From Bacteroidota bacterium (GTDB lineage: Bacteria; Bacteroidota; Ignavibacteria; UBA10030; UBA6906), in contig JAHBUR010000008.1 in assembly GCA_019637975.1 (NCBI GenBank), positions 77,169 to 141,168 on the forward strand: a stretch of DNA of 64,000 nt, written 5' to 3'. The position numbers and the translations under genes are program-made. Of this stretch, positions 36,499-46,006 are shown in pieces. Positions within the stretch are counted from its first letter, which is position 1, and each line of letters begins with the position of its first letter. The notes beneath the pieces are model-generated. The model had not been told where the DNA came from. It did no database searches and saw nothing but the letters and a program-made list of their open reading frames with translations.

Positions 36499-37692
36499 CT
36501 AATCCATAATCCTTCTTAAGAACGCCGGTTTCTCCGGATCATTTTTATCGATCTTCTCGCGATCCTCCGTTGTCGAATCCTGAACCGGCCGGTAGGCAAC
36601 TTGCAGGTCAACCCCCCGCCGGGCAAATGCCGGAGTATCGTAGTTCTTCAGTTCGGTCACACCCGTCGGAATGCGTTCAACCGTTTTGGGTGTTTTCACG
36701 GCGGGGCGAATGCCGGTTCCGACCGTCACCGAGGGGCGGCGGTTGAAACCCGTTGCAATCACCGTCACCATAATATCATCCGTCATCTTCTCATCGACCA
36801 CGGCACCGAGAATAACATTCACATCCTCGCCTGCGGCTCCGTGAATGATCTCCGTTGCTTCCTCGATCTCTGACAGCGACATATCGGGCCCGCCGGTGAT
36901 GTTGACCAGAACGCCTTGTGCGCCGCCGATCGTCACATCCTCAAGCAGCGGACTCGAGATTGCTTCATGGGCGGCGACGGTTGCGCGATTCTCGCCCGAC
37001 GCAACACCCGTGCCCATAACTGCATCGCCCATCTCCTTCATCACTGTTCGAACATCGGCAAAGTCCACGTTAATGAGACCCGGAACGGTAATCACTTCCG
37101 AGATACCGCGGGTTGCGCCGTACAGCACATTATTGGCGACATCGAACGCAACCTGCAACGGGGTTGTTTTCTCCACAACCGACAGCAGCTTCTGGTTCGG
37201 GATGATGATGAGGGTATCGACCTGCTTTTTCAATTCCTCGATTCCCATTTCCGCCTGCGCATTGCGTCGCTTGCCCTCGCAGTTGAACGGACGGGTAACG
37301 ATCCCGACCACCAACGCGCCGACACTTTTGGCAATGTTCGCAACAAGCGGGGCGCCGCCTGTTCCCGTGCCGCCACCCATTCCCGCGGTGACAAACACCA
37401 TGTCGGTGCCGGCAAGCGCGCGCGCGATTTCGTCGCGATCCTCTTCCACTGCGCGGTGACCGACTGTCGGGTCGCCGCCGGCTCCAAGGCCGCGCGTGAG
37501 GTTCTTGCCGATTTGAATCTTGTTCGGCGCGGCATTCCGCTCCAACGCCTGCAAATCCGTGTTGATCGCAAAAAAGTCCACGCCATGCAGACCCTTCGCA
37601 ATCATGCTGTTGATTGCGTTGCCCCCGCCGCCGCCGACACCGACGACGCGAATCTTGGCACCGCGCTCGAAGAAATCATCGAGTTCGATCAC
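36499..37692 (-). CDS. ftsZ: cell division GTPase FtsZ
   Basis: Tubulin signature GVGGGGGNAINSM, T7 loop NVDFADV, C-terminal conserved peptide DIPAFLRR-like (EKPAFLRRIMD). Confidence 0.95.
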   Translation of the reverse strand: MIELDDFFERGAKIRVVGVGGGGGNAINSMIAKGLHGVDFFAINTDLQALERNAAPNKIQIGKNLTRGLGAGGDPTVGHRAVEEDRDEIARALAGTDMVFVTAGMGGGTGTGGAPLVANIAKSVGALVVGIVTRPFNCEGKRRNAQAEMGIEELKKQVDTLIIIPNQKLLSVVEKTTPLQVAFDVANNVLYGATRGISEVITVPGLINVDFADVRTVMKEMGDAVMGTGVASGENRATVAAHEAISSPLLEDVTIGGAQGVLVNITGGPDMSLSEIEEATEIIHGAAGEDVNVILGAVVDEKMTDDIMVTVIATGFNRRPSVTVGTGIRPAVKTPKTVERIPTGVTELKNYDTPAFARRGVDLQVAYRPVQDSTTEDREKIDKNDPEKPAFLRRIMD

Positions 37693-37777
37693 AGGATATT
37701 CTCCTTATTGAATGATTGATAATGTGTAGAATTCGTTCTGTTCATCTTCTTTTCGTACCTCACTCCGGGGAGTTGTA

Positions 37778-39040
37778 TTACAATTCATCAAACCACGACT
37801 TCATCTTCTCAAGAATATTCGTTTTGCCGATGAGAGGCATTTTCAATTTGCTCGCAGACTTCTCGCCCGCGTTGGATGGCGTAGCCGATTCCCTTTCTTG
37901 ATATTTGAGTCCGTGATACACAAGGCCGACGGCCGTTGCGTACACGGGGTTTTCAATTTCTCGAATCAGTCCGCCTGCAAAGCCGGTCGGAATTCCGATC
38001 TTGACGGGCATACCGAGAACTTCCCGCGCCAATTCCGCCGTACCCTTGATGAGCGCGCCGCCGCCTGTCAACACAACTCCCGCCGAGAGATGCTTCGAAT
38101 AGCCGGATCGCTTGATTTCCAGCGCGGCAATCTCGAAAATCTCTTCCATACGCGGTTGGATGATTGTCGCCAGAAGTCGCTTGTCGATCTCAATCGGTTG
38201 CCTGCCGCCGACACCCGGAAGAATGATCGGGTCGTTGTCCAGAACAGCGGGTACGTACGCGAAGCCGTGGTCTTTTTTCAGCTTCTCCGCCTGGTCGCCC
38301 AGAATGCCAAGGCCCTTGCGAATGTCATCCGTCACTTTTCTTCCGGCGATTCCGATCACGGCGGTATGCCGGATGGTTCGCTCTTCGAACACGGCAAGGT
38401 CTGTCGTTCCGCCTCCGACATCGAGCAGTGCAATGCCGACCTCCTTCTCTTCGTCATCGAGCACGGCATAACTGGACGCAAGGGGCTCAAGCACCATGTC
38501 TTCGACTTTCAGGCCTGCCCGCTCCACACACTTGAAGATGTTCTGCGCTGCGCTCACCAGACCGGTAATGATGTGAACATTGGCTTCCATGCGAACACCG
38601 GACATGCCAAGCGGGTCGTACACGCCATCCTGCCCGTCGATGATGAATTCCTGCGGGATGACATGAATGATTTTTCTATCGGATGGCAAAGCCACTCGTT
38701 TGGTATCTTCAATCAGTCGGTCGATGTCCGATTGTGTCACTTCATGCTCAGGGCCGCTGATGCCGATGACTCCGCGGCTCTGGAAGCTCTGAATATGATC
38801 GCCCGCGATACCGACAATTACCGACTTGATGTCGACGCCCGATTGCGAACGTGCTTCATCAACGGCTGTGCTGATGGAGCGGATGGTCTTGTCGATGTGC
38901 GTCACAACTCCCCGCACAATACCGTCCGATTGGGCACGCCCGACGCCGAGAATGTTGATGCGCCCGTGTTCGTCCATACCCGCGACAACGGCACACACTT
39001 TCGTGGTTCCGATATCAAGTCCGACAATAATGTTACCCAT
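37778..39040 (-). CDS. ftsA: cell division protein FtsA
   Basis: Actin-fold motifs (IVGLDIGTTKVCAVV; DVGGGTTDLAVF). Start at the ATG preceded by AAGGAA; the longest ORF reaches 39109. Confidence 0.9.
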   Translation of the reverse strand: MGNIIVGLDIGTTKVCAVVAGMDEHGRINILGVGRAQSDGIVRGVVTHIDKTIRSISTAVDEARSQSGVDIKSVIVGIAGDHIQSFQSRGVIGISGPEHEVTQSDIDRLIEDTKRVALPSDRKIIHVIPQEFIIDGQDGVYDPLGMSGVRMEANVHIITGLVSAAQNIFKCVERAGLKVEDMVLEPLASSYAVLDDEEKEVGIALLDVGGGTTDLAVFEERTIRHTAVIGIAGRKVTDDIRKGLGILGDQAEKLKKDHGFAYVPAVLDNDPIILPGVGGRQPIEIDKRLLATIIQPRMEEIFEIAALEIKRSGYSKHLSAGVVLTGGGALIKGTAELAREVLGMPVKIGIPTGFAGGLIREIENPVYATAVGLVYHGLKYQERESATPSNAGEKSASKLKMPLIGKTNILEKMKSWFDEL

Positions 39041-39053
39041 AGATGTTCCTTTG

Positions 39054-39848
39054 TTAAGAGTGAGCGTCTCCGTTGTCATGGTTCCATCGAACCACGACCT
39101 GATCTTCAAATCGCAAGTCTATGTACAGTAACTCGTGCGCCCCTTGCGACGCTACGACGGATTTCCAGAAGCCGTCGAATTTCACCAGCCTCGTTCCCAC
39201 CTGGGTCCGTCCGAGAACGACCGGTATCCCGAATTCCGACGTGTACAAGACAAAATCACCATTGTTCTTTGCGTTGATCTCTGAAATATTCAGATACAAT
39301 TCCTCGTCAACTTGCCGCGCAACGGAAAGAACATGCAAGGCATCGAGAATACTCTTATTGGTTGACTTTTTGCCCGTGACGATAACGCCTTCGCCTAACG
39401 AGCCCGACAATACAGGAAGATCAAAGATATGCTCTGATCGAATCTGCGGAAGAACGTGGCCCTCTTCATCCAGATAATAGAGCCTGTCAGCCACCAGTGC
39501 GGCAACAGGCGCCCGTTCTTCGATGGTGATGCGGACACGATTGGGGATGTCGCGTAGCACGGCCACCGATTTCACATACGCATGTTTCTTGACGCGCTGT
39601 TCAATCGCGTACAGGTCCAACTCGAACAGCCTTGCATTTTCGGGCACTTTTGCCAGGGCAAGGATATCCTGTTTCGGTACATTGCGATTGCCCTCAACGA
39701 TAACATTATCAACCAAGCGGTCTTCTTTCCAGAGGTTCGCCTGAATTGCGACAGCAGACACCATGATCACCAGAAAGGCCATGAAGAGAAAGCTCCTCTT
39801 ACCGCTTTTTCCTGGGTGTTGTCCTGATATGTTGTCCTGTTCCGTCAT
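39054..39848 (-). CDS. ftsQ: cell division protein FtsQ (POTRA domain)
   Basis: N-terminal TM, POTRA (VDNVIVEGNRNVPKQDILALAKV), beta-domain. Positioned between murB and ftsA. Confidence 0.8.
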   Translation of the reverse strand: MTEQDNISGQHPGKSGKRSFLFMAFLVIMVSAVAIQANLWKEDRLVDNVIVEGNRNVPKQDILALAKVPENARLFELDLYAIEQRVKKHAYVKSVAVLRDIPNRVRITIEERAPVAALVADRLYYLDEEGHVLPQIRSEHIFDLPVLSGSLGEGVIVTGKKSTNKSILDALHVLSVARQVDEELYLNISEINAKNNGDFVLYTSEFGIPVVLGRTQVGTRLVKFDGFWKSVVASQGAHELLYIDLRFEDQVVVRWNHDNGDAHS

Positions 39849-39851
39849 GCG

Positions 39852-40382
39852 TTATGCTACTCGGGCAAGAGTATCACTCTCGAAGCCGACAAACTGCATA
39901 TCCATCTCCTGTCGAACACCGCATTGTTCTTCAATAATCCGGCACGCGTGCACTGCAAGGGCGCGAATATCGGCGGCGGTTGCGTTACCTGTATTTGCGA
40001 CACTGTTTCCGACTATCTCGGCGCCGCCGAGCATCACGCCGTTCAATCCTGCCATGTCGATCAGCGCTTCGGCCGCGCCCGACTCGTTGCTCTTGAAGAT
40101 GCGAACGGTACGTTTCATGGCTTGCGCGTCATCCGGCTTATCGACCAGGATCACTGCACCGCGAAATCCTCTGTCCGACACGATTGTGCCTGCCAACAGG
40201 ACAATGTGAGGGAACGCGTTCTTCGTGAAAAACTTCTGTAACGCATCAACTTCGTCGGCGGATGTTGCATGCAACACGTAGTCGGCGGGGCCGCCGACGC
40301 GCAACGGACAGTAGCGCGCTACCGGCTCGCTGAACGAAATCGTGCCATTATAGAATTGCTGTATGTCGGTCAGCGAGAGCAT
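39852..40382 (-). CDS. murB: MurB-like UDP-N-acetylenolpyruvoylglucosamine reductase remnant, internally shortened (176 aa); possible pseudogene
   Basis: N-terminal FAD-domain block (PLRVGGPADYVLHA...) joins directly to the C-terminal block (IFKSNESGAAEALIDMAGLNGVMLGGAEIV...NTGNATAADI). The central ~120 residues of a normal ~300-aa MurB are absent. Only 540 bp separate ftsQ and murC. Confidence 0.6.
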   Translation of the reverse strand: MLSLTDIQQFYNGTISFSEPVARYCPLRVGGPADYVLHATSADEVDALQKFFTKNAFPHIVLLAGTIVSDRGFRGAVILVDKPDDAQAMKRTVRIFKSNESGAAEALIDMAGLNGVMLGGAEIVGNSVANTGNATAADIRALAVHACRIIEEQCGVRQEMDMQFVGFESDTLARVA

Positions 40383-40388
40383 CTTCTT

Positions 40389-41774
40389 CTACGCCTTCTC
40401 CCCCTTTAGTTTTTTGATGAATTCCTCCCCGTACTTCCAGATGTCGCCCGCACCCATTGTGATGATAATGTCGCCGCTTCGTTTCATCTTCATCAGGAAA
40501 TCGGAAACGTGCTTTTTGTCCGGAACATAGTGGACGTTCTTGTGGCCGAATTCCTTCGCTGTATTCGCAATAAGCTCGCCGGTAATTCCCTGTATCGGTT
40601 CTTCCCGCGCGGGATAAATATCCGTCAGCACGAGAATATCGGCGTTGAAAAACGCCCGGCCAAAGTCTTCGTAGAAATCTCTTGTTCGGGAATACAGATG
40701 CGGTTGAAACACACAAACGACTCTGCGTCTCCATCCCGATTTCACCCCGGCAAGTGTTACGGCAATTTCCGTCGGGTGGTGGGCGTAGTCATCAACCACC
40801 ATGATTCCGTTGATTTCGGCCTTCACTTCCCATCGACGGAAAACGCCAGTAAATTTTTCGATGCCGGCTTTGACTTGCGCAAAAGGAATCTGCAATTCAA
40901 GTCCGACAGCAATGGCTGCAAGCGCGTTCTGTACGTTGTGCTTGCCGGGGATTTGCAGCGTGATTTCGCCAAGTTCCTTTCCCTCACGAATAACAATGAA
41001 CGTGGTTGCATTCTCCTTGTGCCGGACATCTACCGCCTGAAGGTCGGCCTGACCGTTCAAACCGTAGGTGATGATTTTCTTCTTGATCTTCGGCATGATC
41101 TCCTGCAATGCAGGCTCATCAAGACAGAGAACCACGAATCCATAGAACGGAACTTTCGACGCGAATTGTATGAATGCCGATTTGATATCCTCAAGATCAC
41201 GGTAGCAATCAAGATGATCGGTTTCCAGCGTCGTCAGCACGGCAATGGTCGGCGTGATCGACAGAAACGATCTGTCGAACTCATCCGCCTCGACAACGAT
41301 GAACTCGCCTTTGCCGAGCCGTGCGTTAGAGCCGGCAAGTCCGTGCAACCGCCCTCCGACAATCACCGTCGGGTCGATGCCGCCCTCCATTAATACAAGG
41401 CTTACCATCGAGGTTGTCGTCGTCTTGCCGTGTGTTCCGGCAATGCCGATGCCGTATTTTAAGCGCATGACTTCGGCAAGCATTTCGGCCCGACGAATAA
41501 CCGGGAGTTTGCGCCGCTGCGCCTCGATAATCTCCGGATTGTCCGGAGTGAGTGCGGAAGAATAGACAAGCGCATCTACATCCGCCTCAAGATGTTTTGC
41601 ATCGTGGCCGATGTATACCTTCGCGCCCAGCGAAACAATACGCTCGGTGTTGTCGCTTTCAGCTTTATCCGAGCCGGTAATCGCGAACCCTTGGTCGATG
41701 AGGATTTCCGCTATACCGCTCATGCCGATGCCGCCGATGCCGACAAAGTGAAGTTTTCTTATTGATCGAAACAC
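40389..41774 (-). CDS. murC: UDP-N-acetylmuramate--L-alanine ligase
   Basis: HFVGIGGIGMSGIAEIL N-terminal Rossmann motif. Mur ligase P-loop GTHGKTTTTSM. Confidence 0.95.
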   Translation of the reverse strand: MFRSIRKLHFVGIGGIGMSGIAEILIDQGFAITGSDKAESDNTERIVSLGAKVYIGHDAKHLEADVDALVYSSALTPDNPEIIEAQRRKLPVIRRAEMLAEVMRLKYGIGIAGTHGKTTTTSMVSLVLMEGGIDPTVIVGGRLHGLAGSNARLGKGEFIVVEADEFDRSFLSITPTIAVLTTLETDHLDCYRDLEDIKSAFIQFASKVPFYGFVVLCLDEPALQEIMPKIKKKIITYGLNGQADLQAVDVRHKENATTFIVIREGKELGEITLQIPGKHNVQNALAAIAVGLELQIPFAQVKAGIEKFTGVFRRWEVKAEINGIMVVDDYAHHPTEIAVTLAGVKSGWRRRVVCVFQPHLYSRTRDFYEDFGRAFFNADILVLTDIYPAREEPIQGITGELIANTAKEFGHKNVHYVPDKKHVSDFLMKMKRSGDIIITMGAGDIWKYGEEFIKKLKGEKA

Positions 41775-41782
41775 AGTTTCTG

Positions 41783-42292
41783 TTACCTGTCAGTAAATCG
41801 TGGTTTGCTCCAGCGCGGGCGTTTGCGCTTCGGAACGTGTTGCGCGATTCTGTCCATTTCGTGAATCAGTTCTTTTTCCTTCTCATACCTGCCGATTCGG
41901 ATTCGGATTGCCCTGCGCCTTCCCTTCAGTTTGATGAGAACGACTTGAAATCTGCCGCTGGTCTGCACGAATCGCTCACGGCCGATGTGCATCCATTCAA
42001 TCTCCTTTATGTGAAGAGCACGCTCATGAAAACGGTTCTTGAACGTAATGGTGTCCTCGGCAATAATCAGACGCCGATTACGAATGTAATTCAGTATGAG
42101 CGACCCGAACGACATCAGCACGAAAAAGATGATGATGTAGAGAATCGGATCGTTCATCACATACCGGAACTCCTTCTCGACAAACGAACCGCGTATGCCG
42201 CCGTATGCTACAAGTGTCAGAAGATAGATCAGCGCCGACACATAGTAGAAATCGAGTTTGTATCTGAACACCTTATCGTGGTGTGCTTCCAT
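41783..42292 (-). CDS. hypothetical 2-TM membrane protein (possible bacterial PH-like domain) inserted in the dcw cluster
   Basis: Intact 169-aa ORF between murG and murC. Two N-terminal TM helices, then a basic soluble domain. Overlaps the murG stop by 20 nt. Confidence 0.5.
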   Translation of the reverse strand: MEAHHDKVFRYKLDFYYVSALIYLLTLVAYGGIRGSFVEKEFRYVMNDPILYIIIFFVLMSFGSLILNYIRNRRLIIAEDTITFKNRFHERALHIKEIEWMHIGRERFVQTSGRFQVVLIKLKGRRRAIRIRIGRYEKEKELIHEMDRIAQHVPKRKRPRWSKPRFTDR

Positions 42293-43439
42293 GCTGCGCC
42301 TTTGCTAATCTCATCACGGCATCGGCAAGCGTTGATGCTGCCTCCTTCTTTCCGAGTGCTTTTGCTTTTTCCGACACTATTTTCCGTTTCGCCGTATCAG
42401 TGACCATACCCGCCACAGTCGTGAGAAAATGATCTTTCAACTCCTTGTCCCGAATCATCACCGCCGCCCCCGCGTCAACCATTGCGCGGGCATTCTCCTC
42501 CTGATGGTTCGCCGCCGCAAACGGGTAGGGCACAAGTACCGATGCCAGCCCGACAACCGTCAGTTCCGCCAGCGTGCTGGCTCCTGCTCTGCACGCCGCA
42601 ACATCCGCAGCAGCGTAGGCATACTCCATGTTCTCAATGAACTTCAGCACCCTAACCCGCTTCTTTGCATCCTGGGTCAGTGATTCCGCAACGGGGGCAA
42701 TACGCTCGAAGTCCCCTTCTCCTGTTTGCCAGATCAACTGGATCCCGAGCCGCAACAACTCAGGAAGGACACGCGCCACCTCGTTGTTGAGTGATGTTGC
42801 GCCGAGACTTCCACCGAATACCAGCAAGGTTGTCACCGCCGGATCGATGCCGAACTTCTCTGCTCCGGCTTTGCGCGAGATCGTTCCGAGCGCTGCCCGT
42901 GTCGGGTTGCCGCTAATCTTCACATTATCCTGGCGGCGGAGATACCGCTTCGAACTCTCGAAACTGAGATGAACCTCGTCCACGCGATGCGCGAGCCGTC
43001 GCGTCGTAACGCCGGGATAGCTGTTTTGTTCCTGTATCAGCGTCGGAATTCCGAGCAGTGTTGCCACGTACACAGGCGGCCCGCACACATAGCCGCCGGT
43101 TCCGACAACGATATCGGGTTTCATCTTTTTCATGAGAAAGAACGACTGCATTACACTCACCGCTACTTTTGCGGGAAAAAGAAGATTCCCCGGTTTCAGG
43201 CTTCTTCTGAACCCGCTAATCCAGATCGGCACGAAGTTGTATCCCCTTTGCGGTACAACCCGCGCTTCAATTTTCCGCCTCGTACCGACGAACGTAATCT
43301 CTGCATCCGGCACGCGACGCCTGATTTCATCCGCAATGGCAATGGCCGGAAACAAATGCCCACCCGTGCCCCCTCCCGCAAAACAAACTCTCACCCCTTT
43401 TTTCTTTCCTGAAGAATCTTCTTCTGTTCGGGATTCCAT
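42273..43439 (-). CDS. murG: undecaprenyldiphospho-muramoylpentapeptide beta-N-acetylglucosaminyltransferase
   Basis: GGGTGGHLFPAIAIADE N-terminal motif. GT28 C-terminal block. Confidence 0.9.
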   Translation of the reverse strand: MESRTEEDSSGKKKGVRVCFAGGGTGGHLFPAIAIADEIRRRVPDAEITFVGTRRKIEARVVPQRGYNFVPIWISGFRRSLKPGNLLFPAKVAVSVMQSFFLMKKMKPDIVVGTGGYVCGPPVYVATLLGIPTLIQEQNSYPGVTTRRLAHRVDEVHLSFESSKRYLRRQDNVKISGNPTRAALGTISRKAGAEKFGIDPAVTTLLVFGGSLGATSLNNEVARVLPELLRLGIQLIWQTGEGDFERIAPVAESLTQDAKKRVRVLKFIENMEYAYAAADVAACRAGASTLAELTVVGLASVLVPYPFAAANHQEENARAMVDAGAAVMIRDKELKDHFLTTVAGMVTDTAKRKIVSEKAKALGKKEAASTLADAVMRLAKAQHGSTPR

Positions 43440-43471
43440 GTGAGATTCTTCATCTTGATCGGAATGTCATG

Positions 43472-44650
43472 TCAATACACCCGTCCGACCGCCGGCTCGG
43501 GCGGCGGGGGCTCCTTCTTCCCGAATCCCGGAAGCACAAACCGCGGATGCAAATCGGTTTGTGACGAGATGTTGAGCAACACGCCGACAGCGATCGACGA
43601 GAACAAAATTGACGATCCGCCGTAGCTGACGAACGGCATCGGCAACCCGGTTGTCGGAAAAATGCCCACCGTTACTCCCGCATTAATGAGTGCGTACAGG
43701 GTGATTGATGCCGTAATACCGACAGCAAGGTAGCGACCGAACTCATCCGGCGCGTGCCTTGCAATTTTCATTCCGCGCAACATGATTGTCAGAAAGAGAA
43801 TGAGAATGAGAAGCGTACCGATGAGGCCGTACTCCTCTCCGACAATCGAGAACACAAAATCGCCGTACGATTCCGGAAGAAAGAAATCGCGTTGCTTGCT
43901 TTCACCGGGGCCAACGCCGAAGATGCCTCCGTTCCCGAACCCGATGATGCCTTGCCAAAGCTGGTAGTTGACTTTGCTTCCCGTTTCTTCGCCAAAGCCG
44001 GTGTAGGCCATGATTCGTCTCATCCGGTACGGTGCACTGAGCATATAGCCAATCAGGGCCGGGAGAAGCGCAACAACCGTCAGTGCTATGTGTAAGATCT
44101 TAACCCTTCCGACGAACAGCATGATGAAGCTGAGCGCCATAATCATCGACCCGTTGCTGAAATTAGGTTGCGCCAGAACAAGAACTGTAACAATGCCAAT
44201 CCAGATGATCACCGGCAGAAAGCCCGTCTTGAAATCCCTGATGCGTTCCTTCTTTATTGAGAGAAGGGCGCAGATGTGGAAGATGAGCGCGTACTTCGCG
44301 AAATCCGACGGTTGGAAGCTGAATCCGCCAATCCGCAGAAATCGTGTGGCTCCCTTCAATTCGCCACCCAATGCAAGTGTCACACCCAGCAGCACCACTG
44401 CTACAATAAGTGCGGGCTTTGTCAGCTTCTTATACTTCCTGTAATCGATATTCATGAAAATGATAATCGCCCCGAAGCCGATGACGACTTTCACAAGATG
44501 CAGCATCATCAGCTTCGAGCTTGACCCCCATTTCTCGAATGCCATTGTTGAGCTGGCGCTGTACACGACGCCGAGACTCAGCACCATCAGCATCAGCACC
44601 GATGTCAGCGTGGCAAGGTCGATATGGTTGCGTTTCGATTTCATTGTCAC
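43472..44650 (-). CDS. ftsW: SEDS-family peptidoglycan glycosyltransferase FtsW
   Basis: Ten-TM SEDS protein (LGGELKGATRFLRIGGFSFQPSDFAKYALI). Position between murD and murG. Confidence 0.9.
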   Translation of the reverse strand: MTMKSKRNHIDLATLTSVLMLMVLSLGVVYSASSTMAFEKWGSSSKLMMLHLVKVVIGFGAIIIFMNIDYRKYKKLTKPALIVAVVLLGVTLALGGELKGATRFLRIGGFSFQPSDFAKYALIFHICALLSIKKERIRDFKTGFLPVIIWIGIVTVLVLAQPNFSNGSMIMALSFIMLFVGRVKILHIALTVVALLPALIGYMLSAPYRMRRIMAYTGFGEETGSKVNYQLWQGIIGFGNGGIFGVGPGESKQRDFFLPESYGDFVFSIVGEEYGLIGTLLILILFLTIMLRGMKIARHAPDEFGRYLAVGITASITLYALINAGVTVGIFPTTGLPMPFVSYGGSSILFSSIAVGVLLNISSQTDLHPRFVLPGFGKKEPPPPEPAVGRVY

Positions 44651-46002
44651 AGTTTCATCACAATGTCCTTGAACACCCGGCCGCGATGCTCGTAGTTCTC
44701 AAACCAATCAAACGACGCACAGGCCGGCGAAAGAAGAACGACATCTCCACGAACCGCAGCATGGCGTGCCAGCGACACGGCTTCTTCCATACTCATTGCC
44801 TTGCCTGCCGGCTTCACGTCTGCGAACGCGGCAAGTACCTTGTCAGCGGATTCGCCGACCGCGACAATGGATCTGACATGCTTGTTGACAAGAGGAACGA
44901 GCGACGAGTAGTCGTTCCCCTTGTCGCGTCCTCCAAGCAACAGAACGATCGGACGTTCAAAACTCTGCAGGGCATACCAAACAGAATCGACGTTGGTCGC
45001 TTTCGAGTCGTTCACATACGTGATGCCGTCGAGTTCCCGTACAAATTCCAGACGGTGCTCCACACCCTTGAAGTTTTTCAGCGTTGCCCGAAGCGATGCC
45101 GTCGGAATGTTCATCGCTTGTGCAACCAGTGTCGAGGCCATTGCGTTCATCAAATTATGCGCGCCTTTGATGCTGATGTCTGCGGTTTTGATGATGTGGG
45201 TGGTGTTGCCGCCGATTCGTGTTACGACGCTGTCGCCCGAGAGGAAGGCCCCCTCGTCGGGCTGTTTCCTTGTACTGAAGGGAAGACGTTTCACTTCGGG
45301 GTGAATTCTTGCCTCAACATGTGTCCTGACGATATCGTCGTCATAGTTGTACACGATGGTGTCACCGCTGCGTTGGTTCTCAAATACCCGGCACTTGGAC
45401 GCCACATACTTATCCATTGAGTGTTCATAGCGGTCAAGATGATCGGGGGTAATATTCAGCAATGCCGAAACCCTCGGTCTGAACGTCTTGATCGTATCGA
45501 GTTGAAAGCTGCTCACTTCAAGTATCGCCGTATGCTGTTCCGTGATCTGTTCAACCAACTGCGAGAACGCGAGCCCGATGTTGCCCGCCACTACCGACGG
45601 GCGTTTCGCATCTTCAAAAATTCTACCGACAAGGGCAGTTGTGGTGGTTTTGCCGTTTGTGCCCGTGATTGCAACTATCGGGCCTTTACACACCAGGCTC
45701 GCAACTTCTATTTCGCCGACAACGGCCTTGCCTTTTGCCCGTGCTGCCTTCACAATGGGGGCATCCTCCGGCACACCCGGGCTTACCACCAGAACATCCG
45801 CCCGCAACACTTCCTCCGAATTCCCGCCAAACTCGTACGGAATATTCAACCTGTCAAGTTCAGCGGCCGCTTGCTGCATTGTTTCCAAAGGCACCTTGTC
45901 GCTGAGAAGAACCGCGGCGCCGTGTGCTTTCAATAACTTCGCGACTGCTATTCCGCTGCGAGCGCCTCCGATGACGCTGAATGTTGTTCCGCGAAATTCC
46001 AC
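44647..46002 (-). CDS. murD: UDP-N-acetylmuramoylalanine--D-glutamate ligase
   Basis: VIGGARSGIAVAKLL N-terminus and GTNGKTTTTAL P-loop. Overlaps the ftsW start by 4 nt. Confidence 0.9.
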   Translation of the reverse strand: MEFRGTTFSVIGGARSGIAVAKLLKAHGAAVLLSDKVPLETMQQAAAELDRLNIPYEFGGNSEEVLRADVLVVSPGVPEDAPIVKAARAKGKAVVGEIEVASLVCKGPIVAITGTNGKTTTTALVGRIFEDAKRPSVVAGNIGLAFSQLVEQITEQHTAILEVSSFQLDTIKTFRPRVSALLNITPDHLDRYEHSMDKYVASKCRVFENQRSGDTIVYNYDDDIVRTHVEARIHPEVKRLPFSTRKQPDEGAFLSGDSVVTRIGGNTTHIIKTADISIKGAHNLMNAMASTLVAQAMNIPTASLRATLKNFKGVEHRLEFVRELDGITYVNDSKATNVDSVWYALQSFERPIVLLLGGRDKGNDYSSLVPLVNKHVRSIVAVGESADKVLAAFADVKPAGKAMSMEEAVSLARHAAVRGDVVLLSPACASFDWFENYEHRGRVFKDIVMKL

Positions 46003-46006
46003 CTTC

